From the NCBI GenBank assembly GCA_963666055.2, contig CAXWPH010000003.1, forward strand, positions 32,001 through 96,000: a DNA stretch of 64,000 nt, given 5' to 3'. Positions 50,742 through 61,190 of this stretch are shown one piece after another. Both the position numbers and the translations under genes were made by a program. The stretch's first letter is position 1. Each line of letters starts with the position of its first letter. Source of the stretch: Acidobacteriota bacterium (GTDB taxonomy: Bacteria; Acidobacteriota; UBA890; WLXD01). Below the pieces are notes generated by a model. The model had not been told where the DNA came from. It did no database searches and worked only from the letters and a program-made list of their open reading frames with translations.

Positions 50742-52271
50742 CTAGTGGCCTGCGCTCGTTTCTTCCTCCGGCTGAGCGACCGGTTCGATGCCCTCGCGGA
50801 GCATGACGTCGCGGATTGCCGCGGCGGTGGGCGGTGAGCTGATGATGTTCATACCCCGGTGGACGCCTTCGGCGATCTCAAGTGGTGTCCAGCCCCTCGA
50901 GTTCTGCCGATTCCAGACGGCGATGTCAGCCCCCTCGTCGGCGAGTAGCCGGACGACCGCGGGTACGGCCTTGTAGGCGGCGCCGTGCATCGCTGTCTCG
51001 CCCTTGAGGTCGACGGCGTTGATGTCGCTTCCTAGCTCGAGGGCCAGCCTGACGACTTCGATCACCTCGGGCTCTGTGCCCGGATCCTCCCCCGGTGACG
51101 AGGTGCCGAGGCCGGCGGCAACCATCAGCGACGTCGACTCATCGTCGTTGGTCAGCAGCGGATCGGCACCCAGCTCGACGAGGAGGCGCATGTAGTCGGC
51201 GTCGGCCGTCCGTGCGGCCAGCAGAAACGGCGTCCCGCCCACGAAGCTCAGCGCCGTAATTCCGGCGGGTGGACGCTTGGTCACCCGCGCGTTCACGTCT
51301 GCGCCGGCTGCCACGAGCTTGCGGACAAGCTCGAGGCTCTCCATGTCACCCGAGCCCACGGGCGCCGGGTTGTTGCTCCCGGCGATGCCCGCCTTCCGTA
51401 CCCACGTGACCTGATGAAGCGCGGTCCAGCCGCGCGGCGCCACGTTCGGGTCGGCGCCGCGATCCAGGAGTTTGGCAGCGAGCTCGTAGTGCGCGTTTCC
51501 GACGGCCAGCAGAAAGGCGTTGACCCCCGCGTCGGAGGCCGAGTCTCTTTCCAGACCGCCAGCGGTCCGCCGTGCATTTACGGTGAGCGACTCGTCGAGG
51601 CTGGAGCCGGCATCCAGCAGGGCTTCGACGGCCTCGATGTGCCCTTCGCGGGCGGCGAACAGCAACGCCGTGAACGCCTTCTCGGAGGCGGCGTGGACGT
51701 CCGCGTCATGCGCCAGTAGCGCCTTGACCACATCGATGTGGCCCTCCGCGGCGGCCCACATCAGCGCCGTCTGCCCGCGCCAGCTCTCGGCCGCATTGAT
51801 GTGGGCTCCGTGTGCGAGCAGGAGCTCGACCGCTGCCAGGCTGCCGGTGCGTGCAGCTGTCATCAGGACGGTTTCGTCCTCCGCGAGGGTGGCGTTCACG
51901 TCGGCGCCGGCGTTTAGCAGCGCCAGGATGATCGACGCGTTGCCGTTGACCGCCGCGAGGGAGATCGGCTGCACGCCGTAGCGGTTTGTCGAGCTGGCGG
52001 TGGCACCCGCCTCGAGCAGCAACTCGATCATGTCGGCGTCGTTTCGATAAGCGGCCCAGTGGAGCGCGGTCGTCCCGTCTGCCTCGGGCTCGTCGACGTC
52101 GATGCCCTCCGACAGCAACGACCGCACGGCGGCGGCGTCGGTGCGTTTGACGGCATCGACCAGGGCCGCGTCGGCGGCCGCGGCGGTGCTGCCAGCGGCG
52201 AGCAGAAAACCGACGGTCGCGGCAAGGGAACGGAGCATGCTCAGCTTCAATGCGGTCATCACGTCACACAC
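50742..52271 (-). CDS. Secreted ankyrin-repeat protein
   Basis: Many G.TALHWAA / TALMWAA / TPFLLAA repeats. Confidence 0.92.
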   Translation of the reverse strand: MCDVMTALKLSMLRSLAATVGFLLAAGSTAAAADAALVDAVKRTDAAAVRSLLSEGIDVDEPEADGTTALHWAAYRNDADMIELLLEAGATASSTNRYGVQPISLAAVNGNASIILALLNAGADVNATLAEDETVLMTAARTGSLAAVELLLAHGAHINAAESWRGQTALMWAAAEGHIDVVKALLAHDADVHAASEKAFTALLFAAREGHIEAVEALLDAGSSLDESLTVNARRTAGGLERDSASDAGVNAFLLAVGNAHYELAAKLLDRGADPNVAPRGWTALHQVTWVRKAGIAGSNNPAPVGSGDMESLELVRKLVAAGADVNARVTKRPPAGITALSFVGGTPFLLAARTADADYMRLLVELGADPLLTNDDESTSLMVAAGLGTSSPGEDPGTEPEVIEVVRLALELGSDINAVDLKGETAMHGAAYKAVPAVVRLLADEGADIAVWNRQNSRGWTPLEIAEGVHRGMNIISSPPTAAAIRDVMLREGIEPVAQPEEETSAGH

Positions 52272-52284
52272 GAAAATCGAGCGA

Positions 52285-53631
52285 TCATAGGCTCATCGGC
52301 GCGAGCACTTCGCCCGCCCGGCCCGTGCTGTCGACGAAGCTGTCCAGGTGCACCCCGACGTGATCCAGCAGCGCCAGGTGCAAGTTGGCCAGCGGCATAG
52401 CCTCGTCGTACTTGACATGCCACCCACCCTTGACCTGCCCGGCTCCGCCGCGGGCAACAACGATCGGCAGGTTGGTGTGGTCGTGCACATCCGGGTTGCC
52501 CATCCCGCTCCCCAGCAGATAGGTAGTGTGGTCGAGCAGCGTGCCGTCGCCATCGGGGGTCGACCGCAGCCTTTCGAGCAGGTACGCGAAGAGCGAGACG
52601 TGATAGGCGTTGATCTTGGCCAGCTTGGCCAGCTTGACGGGGTCGTTGACGTGATGAGACACCGGATGATGGGGCTCCGGCACGCCGATTTGTGGGTAGG
52701 TTCTGGTGCTGCCCTCGCGCGCCAGCTGAAAGGTGATGACCCGGGTCATGTCGGCCTGCAGTGCCAGCACCTGCAGGTCGAACATCAGCTTGACGTGCTC
52801 CTCCCACGACTCGGGCACGCTGGCGGGGCGATCGAGGTCCGGAAGCGGCGTCGAGTCGGCATGTTGCTCGGCCCGCTGGATGCGGCGTTCGACCTCGCGC
52901 ACAGTGTCGATGTACTCGTCGACCTTGGCTCGGTCACCGCTCCCTAGCTTCGCCTGCAGCCGCGCCATGTCGTGCATCACCCAGTCGAGGATGCTGGCGT
53001 TCGTCTTCAACTGCGCCTGGCGCTGCTCGAGGGTGCCGCCATCACCGAACAATCGCTCGAAGACGGCGCGCGGGTCGGATTCCGGTGGCAGCGGCGTCGT
53101 CGGTGATGACCACGACAAGCTATTCATGTAGACGCAGGCGTAGCCGTTGTCGCAGTTGCCGACCTGCGCAATCAGGTCAGTGCCCAGCTCGAGCGACGGA
53201 ATCGGTGTCTCGCCGCCGATCTGAGCCGCGGCAATCTGGTCGACGGTCGTCCCCAGCAGGTAATCGCTGCCTTCGGTGCGCTTGCCCCCGGTACAGCTCA
53301 GGAACGCGGCGTTGGACGACGCGTGATTGCCGGTCGTGTAGGCGTTGCGCAGCTCGGTGTTGGTGACCACGGTCAGGTGATCGAGGTAGGGGGTGAGCGA
53401 AGCCAAAGAGGGTGACAGCTCGGTAATGGCGCCCTCTCCCTTGGGAATCCACGGCACTGGGTTCATTCCCATCGGGATGAACACATATCCGAGCCGCCGC
53501 ACGGGGTTTGCCGCGGTTCCGATCTGCGCGGACAGCGCCGGCACCATGGCGTCCAACAAGGGGAGAGCCAGAGTGGCGCCGACACCGCGCAGGAACGTGC
53601 GGCGCGGTAGGGCCGTCTTGGTGACGATCAT
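52285..53631 (-). CDS. DUF1552 protein (Tat-like signal)
   Basis: RRTFLRG, LPLLDAM, TVDQIAA, CDNGYAC, HHPVSHH, H.H.NLP. Confidence 0.9.
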   Translation of the reverse strand: MIVTKTALPRRTFLRGVGATLALPLLDAMVPALSAQIGTAANPVRRLGYVFIPMGMNPVPWIPKGEGAITELSPSLASLTPYLDHLTVVTNTELRNAYTTGNHASSNAAFLSCTGGKRTEGSDYLLGTTVDQIAAAQIGGETPIPSLELGTDLIAQVGNCDNGYACVYMNSLSWSSPTTPLPPESDPRAVFERLFGDGGTLEQRQAQLKTNASILDWVMHDMARLQAKLGSGDRAKVDEYIDTVREVERRIQRAEQHADSTPLPDLDRPASVPESWEEHVKLMFDLQVLALQADMTRVITFQLAREGSTRTYPQIGVPEPHHPVSHHVNDPVKLAKLAKINAYHVSLFAYLLERLRSTPDGDGTLLDHTTYLLGSGMGNPDVHDHTNLPIVVARGGAGQVKGGWHVKYDEAMPLANLHLALLDHVGVHLDSFVDSTGRAGEVLAPMSL

Positions 53632-56030
53632 TGCGACCTCCGCATCTGAAACGGATGACTCTTTGTGATGGCGAGCACGAGCGACGAGAAACGATAATCG
53701 TAGTGCGCCGCGTCCCGCACGATGGCGCGCACGGCTGGGGCATCGTGGTAGTCGACACCACGGCCCAGGGCGAACGTAAGCAGCTTTTCCGTCAATGTAC
53801 CGACGAACACCTGCGGCCGGGCCAGGAGCGCCGAGCGCAGTCCCGCTACTCCCTCGAAAGTCGCACCACCGGGTAAGCTTCCCGACGCGTCGATCGACGT
53901 GCGGTCCTCGCCAAGATCGCGCCATCGTCCAACCGCGTCGAAGTTCTCCATCGCCAGGCCGGCCGGGTCCATCAGCTGGTGACAGGCGGCGCACACCGGA
54001 TTGGCGCGGTGCTCGACCATGCGCTCGCGCATCGACAAGGCCCTCCGGCCCGGTTCAGTCTCCGGTAACGGCGGCACCGTCGCGGGCGGCGGCGGTGGTG
54101 GCATCCCGAGGATGTTGCTGAGGACCCACTTTCCACGCAGCACGGGTGAGGTGCGCGTCGCGTACGAGGTTACCGTCAGGATGCCGCCGTGCCCCAGCAG
54201 TCCGGCCCGCTCGCTTCCCTCGGACAGCTGCACCCGTCGAAAATGGTCGCCGTAGATGTGCGGCATCCCGTAGTGTCTGGCGAGGCGCTCGTTGACATAG
54301 GTGTAGTCGGCGGTCAGCAGATCGACGACGTTGCGGTCTTCGCGGACGATGCTGTCGAACAAGAGCTCAGTCTCGCGACGAAACCCCTGGCGCAGGTTGT
54401 CGTCGAAGTCGGGAAACAACCGCAAATTAGGGCGCGCGGCATCCAGGTTTCGCAGGTGCAGCCACTGCCCGGCGAAGTTGGTGCTCAACGACTCGGACCG
54501 CAGGTCGATCAGCATCCGGCGAACCTGAGACTCGAGCACATTCGGTTCCCGGAGCTCGCCGCGCTCGGCGACGGCCAGCAGTTCGTCGTCTGGAATGCTG
54601 CTCCAGAGGAAGAAGGACAGGCGCGTCGCCAGCTCCAGATCGCTGAGAAGATACGCCTCGCCCGAGGCGACGTGGTCGGCGTCGCGCTCGATGCGGAAGA
54701 GGAACTCGGTGCTCGACAGCAGCGCCCTGAGCGCTGTTTCGATCCCGGCCTCGAAACCCCCTGTAGCGCGGGCGTTCCGATAGAACGAGAGCAGTGCGGC
54801 GCTGTCGGCGTCGGTCACGGGGCGCCGATACGCACGTCGGGCCAACGTCGAGATGATGGTGCGCGCACACGCCTGTTCATCGTCCGCCGAGGTGCTCGCC
54901 GGCTGGCACACGAAGATCCGCTCGCGGCTCGGCGTTGCGCCTGTGCCGCTAGCTTCGAACGGACCGGCGATGGCGACCGAGCGCACCGCGGGCTGGGTCC
55001 TGGGATGCCGGTCCATGTTGAAGTGCGCCTGGTAGGGCTGGCGCTCGGTTTCGATGAGTGCGGAGCTCTTCTTGATGAACGTCGCCGTGACAACATGCGG
55101 GCCGGCCTCGACCGGCACTCGAGTCACCAGATCCTTGTCGACATCCACGTCGGAGTAGTAATCGCCGAAATTATTTCGATTCGGCGTGATGGTGAAGAGT
55201 CGGAGCCGCTCGCCGTCCAGCGCGAGCTCCATGATGTGCGGCTCCGTCAGGCCTTCGACGTTCTCGTTACGGTTGCGGGACAGCCGGACCCGGAGCTCGT
55301 ACTCGCCCTCGAGTGGAAAGCTGTAGCTGACGGCGATGCCGCCACGCGTGCCGAACGGCAGCCCGTCGAAGTGGTCTTCTTGCGTGAGATCGGCGGGGAG
55401 TACCACGACATGACTCCCGGGAGCTGGCGAGGCACTGCCGACGGCCGCCCGACTGACCTTTTGCGCGGCCGACAGATACCGCTCCATCAACATCGGCGAG
55501 AGACCGACGACGCTGACGTTGTCGAACCCGAAGCTGGCGTCGTCGCGCGGCAACAGCGCGGTCACGTCCACATCGAGCGCCAGCAGATCTCGCACCGCGT
55601 TCCGATACTCCGTGCGGTTGAGCCGGCGGAATGTGTCGGTGCGACCAGGGTCCGGGTTGATGGCCGCAACGCGGTCGAGCTCGGTCTCCAGATACGCCAG
55701 CAGACCTTCGTAGCTGGCCTCATCGGGTCGCGGGATCCGTGCCGGGGGCATGGCCCGAGCGTTCAGCTTCCTGACGACCTTCTCCCAGACCTCGAGGTGC
55801 TCGCCGATGCGGTCGAGCTTGACGGTATCGAGGGCAAGCCCGCCCGCCAGGGCTTGCTCGTTGTGACAGCCCACGCAGTAGGTCTCGACCAAGTCCGACT
55901 GTACCGCGACAGCCGGCGCGCCCGAAGCAGTCTGCGCGGGGACCGCCCGCACACCAGCGGATGGCCAGTAGCCGACCGACAGCCCGATGGCGGCACCTAC
56001 CAGGGCTCGCCTCATGCCACGCGGGGTCAT
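53628..56030 (-). CDS. DUF1587/1595/1592/1588/1585 (PSD) cytochrome c-type protein
   Basis: CVGCH, RRLNRTEY, FDN, LSFFLWSSIPD, RTSPVLRGKW, CAACH. Confidence 0.92.
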   Translation of the reverse strand: MTPRGMRRALVGAAIGLSVGYWPSAGVRAVPAQTASGAPAVAVQSDLVETYCVGCHNEQALAGGLALDTVKLDRIGEHLEVWEKVVRKLNARAMPPARIPRPDEASYEGLLAYLETELDRVAAINPDPGRTDTFRRLNRTEYRNAVRDLLALDVDVTALLPRDDASFGFDNVSVVGLSPMLMERYLSAAQKVSRAAVGSASPAPGSHVVVLPADLTQEDHFDGLPFGTRGGIAVSYSFPLEGEYELRVRLSRNRNENVEGLTEPHIMELALDGERLRLFTITPNRNNFGDYYSDVDVDKDLVTRVPVEAGPHVVTATFIKKSSALIETERQPYQAHFNMDRHPRTQPAVRSVAIAGPFEASGTGATPSRERIFVCQPASTSADDEQACARTIISTLARRAYRRPVTDADSAALLSFYRNARATGGFEAGIETALRALLSSTEFLFRIERDADHVASGEAYLLSDLELATRLSFFLWSSIPDDELLAVAERGELREPNVLESQVRRMLIDLRSESLSTNFAGQWLHLRNLDAARPNLRLFPDFDDNLRQGFRRETELLFDSIVREDRNVVDLLTADYTYVNERLARHYGMPHIYGDHFRRVQLSEGSERAGLLGHGGILTVTSYATRTSPVLRGKWVLSNILGMPPPPPPATVPPLPETEPGRRALSMRERMVEHRANPVCAACHQLMDPAGLAMENFDAVGRWRDLGEDRTSIDASGSLPGGATFEGVAGLRSALLARPQVFVGTLTEKLLTFALGRGVDYHDAPAVRAIVRDAAHYDYRFSSLVLAITKSHPFQMRRSQ

Positions 56031-56174
56031 CGTCTGCGCCTCCCGGGCCTCGACTCACTGTCAGCAGAGTATCCGCGTGAAACCTGCTATCCAGTTCGAC
56101 GGAGTATACGACAGCTCTGCATCGCTACGACCAAATCAGCCGCTGACGAAGATCGTGCCGGGGGCCGGCGACCG

Positions 56175-57515
56175 CTACCTGGATGGAAACAGTGCCCGGT
56201 TCAGGATCGACTCGAAGAGCTCCTGTTTGCCGCTACGAGTCTCCGGCGCGCCGTTCGTGGAGGCGATCTCATAGAGGTCGGCAAACTCCAGCTCGCCCGA
56301 CTCGAACGCCGCTCCGGGGGCGGTGGAAAAGCTCTCGTAGCGGTGGTCGCGCAATCGCAGGTAATCCGACTCCTCCAGGATGCCTGCCGCAACCAGCAGG
56401 GCACTTGCAAAGGTGTCCATACCGGTGATGTGGGCGATGAACAGGTCTTCGGCGTCGGTCGAGTTGCGGCGCAGCTTGGCGTCGAAATTGACTCCGCCGG
56501 TTCCGAGCCCACCGGCTTGGAGCAGTACGAGCATCGCTTCGGTGGTCTCGTACAGATCCACCGGAAACTGGTCCGTGTCCCAGCCGCTCTGGTAGTCGCC
56601 GCGGTTGGCGTCGATGCTGCCGAGCAGGCCGGCATCGGCGGCCACCTGGAGCTCGTGCTGGAAGGTGTGGCCGGCGAGCGTAGCGTGGTTTACCTCGATA
56701 TTGAGCTTGAAGTCATCGAGCAGGTCGAACTCGCGCAGGAAACCTACCGCGGTTGCCGCGTCGTAGTCGTACTGGTGCTTCATCGGCTCCTGTGGCTTCG
56801 GCTCGATCAGGAAGACGCCGTCGAAGCCGTGGCTACGCGCGTAGTCACGGGCGGAATGCAGAAACCGCGCCAGGTGCTCACGCTCGCGCTGCATATCGGT
56901 GTTAAGCAGGCTCATGTAGCCTTCTCGCCCGCCCCAGAACACGTAGTTGGTTCCACCTAGAGCAATGGTGGCGTCCAGCGCGCATTTCACTTGGGCGGCG
57001 GCGTGGGCGACGACAGCGAAATCGGGGTTGGTGGCAGCGCCGTTCATATAGCGCGGGTGCGAGAACAGGTTGGCGGTACCCCAGAGCAGCTGCACGCCGG
57101 AGGCACGCTGTTTCTCGGCCGCATACTCGACGGCTGCTTGCAGGCGACGCTCGGACTCGCCAACGGAGTCGCCTTCGGCGACCAGGTCCGTGTCGTGGAA
57201 GCAGTAGAACGGCACCCCGAGCTTGGTGATGAACTCGAACGCCGCATCTATCTTCAAGCGCGCCGCGGCGAGCGGATCGGGCTCCCTCGACCAGGGGAAC
57301 TCGCGCGTCGGCGTGCCGAACGGGTCGCCGCCGCCAACGCCGAAGCTGTGCCAGTAGGCAACCGCGAAGCGCAGGTGCTCGGCGAGCGTCTTGCCGGCCA
57401 CGGTGCGACCGGGGTCATAGGCCTTGAAGGCAAGCGGGTTGCGGGAGTCTGGTCCTTCGAACGGGATCTCCCCGACCTGCGGAAAGAACTCGTTGTCTCC
57501 GATTGTTACGGGCAT
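56175..57515 (-). CDS. xylA: Xylose isomerase (class II)
   Basis: [45 protein letters not shown]. Confidence 0.97.
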   Translation of the reverse strand: MPVTIGDNEFFPQVGEIPFEGPDSRNPLAFKAYDPGRTVAGKTLAEHLRFAVAYWHSFGVGGGDPFGTPTREFPWSREPDPLAAARLKIDAAFEFITKLGVPFYCFHDTDLVAEGDSVGESERRLQAAVEYAAEKQRASGVQLLWGTANLFSHPRYMNGAATNPDFAVVAHAAAQVKCALDATIALGGTNYVFWGGREGYMSLLNTDMQREREHLARFLHSARDYARSHGFDGVFLIEPKPQEPMKHQYDYDAATAVGFLREFDLLDDFKLNIEVNHATLAGHTFQHELQVAADAGLLGSIDANRGDYQSGWDTDQFPVDLYETTEAMLVLLQAGGLGTGGVNFDAKLRRNSTDAEDLFIAHITGMDTFASALLVAAGILEESDYLRLRDHRYESFSTAPGAAFESGELEFADLYEIASTNGAPETRSGKQELFESILNRALFPSR

Positions 57516-59026
57516 TTCGGTTGCTCCTCCACGTCGTGGCCGGCGACCGCCCGTTCAAGGTGGCGGCACCATCGATCATAGGCGGCAGCGTATTCCGAGC
57601 GCAGTGGATCGTCGGGCTCTACGACGGCGCTCGCGATGAGGCCGGCGAATGCCTCCGCGCTGGTCTCATAGACCCCGATACCGAGGCCGGCGCCGCGCGC
57701 CGCCCCCTGTGCTCCATCGGTCTCGAACAGCTCGATCGTCGCGCCGCTTGTGGTCGCCAGCGCCTGCCGAAAGATTGGGCTAGCGAACATGTTGCCCGAG
57801 CCGGCGCGGATTACTCGCGGCTCGATTCCGGTCTCGCGCAAGACGTCCAGCCCGTAGCGAAAGGCAAAGGCGATGCCCTCCTGTGCGGCACGCAACAGGT
57901 GGGACCTCTGGTGCCGATTGAACCCCAGGCCGTAGATCTGACACCCGAGGTCCCGATTCTCGAGTAGCCGTTCCGCGCCGTTTCCGAAGGGAAGAACGAC
58001 CACCCCTTCGCTGCCCACAGGCACCTGCCCGGCAGTGGCGTTCATGGCGTCGTAGTCAGTTCCCGGCGAGCACACTTGCCGCCGAAGCCAGGCGTTGAGA
58101 ATGCCGGTGCCGTTGATGCACAGCAGCACACCGAGGCGAGGCCTGCCGCTTTCGTGGTTCACATGCGCAAACGTGTTCACCCGCCAGCGCGGGTCCGGCT
58201 GGGCAACATCGCTCACCCCGTAGACCACCCCGGAAGTGCCGGCTGTGGCGGCGATAGCCCCGGGCTCGAGCACGTTGAGCGACAGCGCGTTGTTGGGCTG
58301 GTCGCCGCCCCGATAACTGACCGGAGTGCCGGCCTGCAGCCCGAGCTCAGAAGCGGCCGCTGCCGTCACCCGGCCCTGGACACCGAAGGTCGGGACCACC
58401 TCCGGCAGGAGCGAAGCGTCGAGCTCGAAGTGCCGCAGCAGCGGCATCGAAACCTGGTGATCGACAAAATCCCACAGGATTCCCTCCGACAGGCCGGGCA
58501 CGGTAGTGGCGATGGTCCCGGTCATCCGCATCGCGACCCAGTCGCCCGGGAACAGCATCTTGTGGGCGCGGGCGAACGTATCCGGCTCGTGTGCCTTCAC
58601 CCAGGCGAGCTTGGAGGCGGTGAAGTTGCCGGGAGAGTTCAGCAGGTGCCGCTGGCAGTAGTCGGGCCCGATGGAGTCGAGGGCGTCGTCGCCCAGGGAC
58701 ACGGCGCGGCTGTCACACCAGATGATCGCCGGTCGCAGAACCTCGGTGTGCTCGTCGACCAGCACGAGGCCGTGCATCTGGTAGGCGATGCCGACCGCGC
58801 CGACCCGGTCGGGCCGCACCGCCGCAGCCTCGAGCACCGCGGCGGTGGCGCGCACCAGATGCCTCCACCACAGCTCGGGGTGTTGCTCGGCATAGCCGGG
58901 GCACGGAGCGTCGATCGCCATCTCGTCGGCCGGCGACGATGCCGAGGCGACACAGGCGCCGGAGTCGGCTTCGAGGAGCGCCGCCTTGACCGAGGAACTT
59001 CCGATGTCGTAGCCGAGGAGGTACAT
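57506..59026 (-). CDS. xylB: Xylulokinase (FGGY family)
   Basis: [31 protein letters not shown]. Confidence 0.92.
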   Translation of the reverse strand: MYLLGYDIGSSSVKAALLEADSGACVASASSPADEMAIDAPCPGYAEQHPELWWRHLVRATAAVLEAAAVRPDRVGAVGIAYQMHGLVLVDEHTEVLRPAIIWCDSRAVSLGDDALDSIGPDYCQRHLLNSPGNFTASKLAWVKAHEPDTFARAHKMLFPGDWVAMRMTGTIATTVPGLSEGILWDFVDHQVSMPLLRHFELDASLLPEVVPTFGVQGRVTAAAASELGLQAGTPVSYRGGDQPNNALSLNVLEPGAIAATAGTSGVVYGVSDVAQPDPRWRVNTFAHVNHESGRPRLGVLLCINGTGILNAWLRRQVCSPGTDYDAMNATAGQVPVGSEGVVVLPFGNGAERLLENRDLGCQIYGLGFNRHQRSHLLRAAQEGIAFAFRYGLDVLRETGIEPRVIRAGSGNMFASPIFRQALATTSGATIELFETDGAQGAARGAGLGIGVYETSAEAFAGLIASAVVEPDDPLRSEYAAAYDRWCRHLERAVAGHDVEEQPKCP

Positions 59027-59046
59027 CGTGGGCTCCGACCGCCGCG

Positions 59047-59916
59047 CTAGCACTGCTCGCGGCCTTCCTGTGGCGAGTACTCGGTGCGCAGCAGGCGGGC
59101 GTTCAGGTTGACGTTGACGGTGCCAACGAAATCGTCTGCATGTGGCGGGCGGTGGCGGTGGGTCGCGTCGTAGTCGAGGTTGCTGCCAGCGCCGAGTGCG
59201 TACTCGATACCGCCCGCCAGGTGGCCCAGAAACGCCGCCTCGGAATAGCTCTCGGTGGTGTGGCCGAGTGCCGTGTAAAAGGCGCGTCCACCGTCGTACT
59301 CGTGCGACCAGGACATGCGATGTGGATCGCCGGTGGTGGCACCCTCGTAGCTGTCTTCCTCGATCGTCAGCAACACGCGCACGTCCGAGCTCGTATAGCG
59401 CAGGTCGTACCACTCGTCGGTGCGCGTCCAGGTGGGCTGGAGATGGTTCGTTGCCGGATGGTCCGGGTCGTCCACCCGTAGGGTGGCCTGTTGAATCTCG
59501 GGATGATCAACGAAGTAGGCGCCGACAAGACGTCCGTACCACGGCCAGCCATACTCGGTGTCGCTGGCGGCGTGTATGCCGACATAGCCACCGCCGGCCT
59601 GGATGAAACGCTCGAAGTTCGCCTGCTGGGAAGCATCGAGGACGTCGCCCGTCGTGCTGAGGAACACGACGACGTCGTAGTTGCGCAGCGTGCCTTCCGC
59701 GAACACCGAGGCGCCCTCGGTGGCGTCCACGCTGAACCCGCGCTCGCGGCCGAGCTTGCGAATGGCGCTGACGCCCACCTCGATGGAGCCGTGTCGGAAC
59801 GCCGCCGTCTTGGAGAACACCAGCACCCGAGGTGGTGGCGCAGAACAGGCGGTGGCGATCAGCGTTGCGAGCATGGCAACGAGGGTGAGCCCTGATGGCC
59901 GGGTGCGGTGGCGCAT
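59047..59916 (-). CDS. ThuA-domain lipoprotein, possibly C-terminally truncated
   Basis: LVFSKTAAFRH, GGGYVGIHAASDT, DEWY, FYTALGH. Confidence 0.87.
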   Translation of the reverse strand: MRHRTRPSGLTLVAMLATLIATACSAPPPRVLVFSKTAAFRHGSIEVGVSAIRKLGRERGFSVDATEGASVFAEGTLRNYDVVVFLSTTGDVLDASQQANFERFIQAGGGYVGIHAASDTEYGWPWYGRLVGAYFVDHPEIQQATLRVDDPDHPATNHLQPTWTRTDEWYDLRYTSSDVRVLLTIEEDSYEGATTGDPHRMSWSHEYDGGRAFYTALGHTTESYSEAAFLGHLAGGIEYALGAGSNLDYDATHRHRPPHADDFVGTVNVNLNARLLRTEYSPQEGREQC

Positions 59917-59954
59917 GTGGGTCCTTTGCACTTTGTGGGGGGCGAAACGACCGG

Positions 59955-61160
59955 CTAGGAGGCCGAGCCGTAGTCAACGTCGATCTGTCGGCGTGACGCG
60001 GCGGATAACAGCACGGCGTCACACACCACCGCGGCGCGATAGCCGTCGTCGAAGGTGGCGCCATGCGGCGCTACCTCCCGATCGTTGACGATGCAGTCGA
60101 GCAGGTGAGCGAACTCGTGCACGAACGTGTGCTCCCAACCGATGATGTGCCCGTGAGGCCACCAGTGTTCCCAGAACGGGTGATGCGCTTCGGTTACCAG
60201 AACATCGTGGAAGCCCTGCGTCTCACGGGGCTGGTCGCCGACCCAGAACACCTGGAGCTCGTTGAGGCGTTCGAGGTTGAAGCAGATGCTGCCAAGCTCG
60301 CCGTTGATCTCGACGACCTGGTGATTCTTGCGGCCGGCTGCGAAGCGCGACGATTCGAGCGTTCCCAGAGCCCCGTTGGCGAATTCCACGGTGGCAACAA
60401 AGGCATCGTCGACGTTGACCTTGGCATTGCCGGAGCCGTCGGGCGACGGCCGCTCGTCGATGAAGGTACACGTCGCGGCGCCTACGCTGGCAATGTTGCC
60501 CACGAGGTAGTGCGCCAGGTCGATGATGTGCGCGCCCAGGTCGCCCAATGCTCCGCTACCGGCACGTTCCTTGTCGAGTCGCCAGATTCTCGGCGTGCCG
60601 TAGTGCGGCAGGATCCACTCCTGCAGGTAGACCGCACGATAATGGTAGATACGGCCCAGCGCGCCGCTCTCGATCAGCTGGCGCGCTTGGCGAATGGCGG
60701 GTACGAAACGGTAGTTGAACCCCACCATGTGCTTGACGCCCGCGTCGCGCACCGCCGCCAGCATTGTCGCAGCCTCCTCGGCGTCGCGCGCCAAGGGTTT
60801 TTCGCAGATCACGTGCTTGCCGGCAACGGCGGCGGCGATGCAGGGCTCGGCATGGACGTTGTTGGGCCCACCGTTGTCGAATAATTGCACGTGCTCGTCG
60901 TCGATGAGCTCGCGCCAGTCCGTGTAGTGCCTCGCGTAGCCGTAGCGTCGCGCCGCTTCGGCGACGGCGCTCTCGTCGCGGCCGCAGATCGCTACCAACT
61001 CGGGCATTGCCGGTGGCGGGTAGATCATGTAGGGGAGCGTCTTGAGCGCGTTCGAGTGCGCCTTTCCCATGAAGGAGTACCCGAGCATACCGACACCTAC
61101 GCTGGGTACGTCGAGATCGGTCGTCGTCGCCGCCATGTCGGTGAAGGACTGCTCACCCAT
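59955..61160 (-). CDS. Gfo/Idh/MocA oxidoreductase
   Basis: GYSFMGKAHS, CEKP, GFNYRF, GALGDLGAH. Confidence 0.93.
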   Translation of the reverse strand: MGEQSFTDMAATTTDLDVPSVGVGMLGYSFMGKAHSNALKTLPYMIYPPPAMPELVAICGRDESAVAEAARRYGYARHYTDWRELIDDEHVQLFDNGGPNNVHAEPCIAAAVAGKHVICEKPLARDAEEAATMLAAVRDAGVKHMVGFNYRFVPAIRQARQLIESGALGRIYHYRAVYLQEWILPHYGTPRIWRLDKERAGSGALGDLGAHIIDLAHYLVGNIASVGAATCTFIDERPSPDGSGNAKVNVDDAFVATVEFANGALGTLESSRFAAGRKNHQVVEINGELGSICFNLERLNELQVFWVGDQPRETQGFHDVLVTEAHHPFWEHWWPHGHIIGWEHTFVHEFAHLLDCIVNDREVAPHGATFDDGYRAAVVCDAVLLSAASRRQIDVDYGSAS

Positions 61161-61190
61161 CCTGGTGCTCCCGGCCTGGTGTAAATCGCC

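Noticed and set aside
50735-50752. Perfect palindrome CAGGCCACTAGTGGCCTG as a terminator or operator
   Set aside because: No loop or U-tract, and half lies in the ankyrin coding end; better explained as an end remnant at a CTAG site.
54189-56960. 923-aa plus-strand ORF
   Set aside because: Antisense shadow of the PSD gene and xylA.
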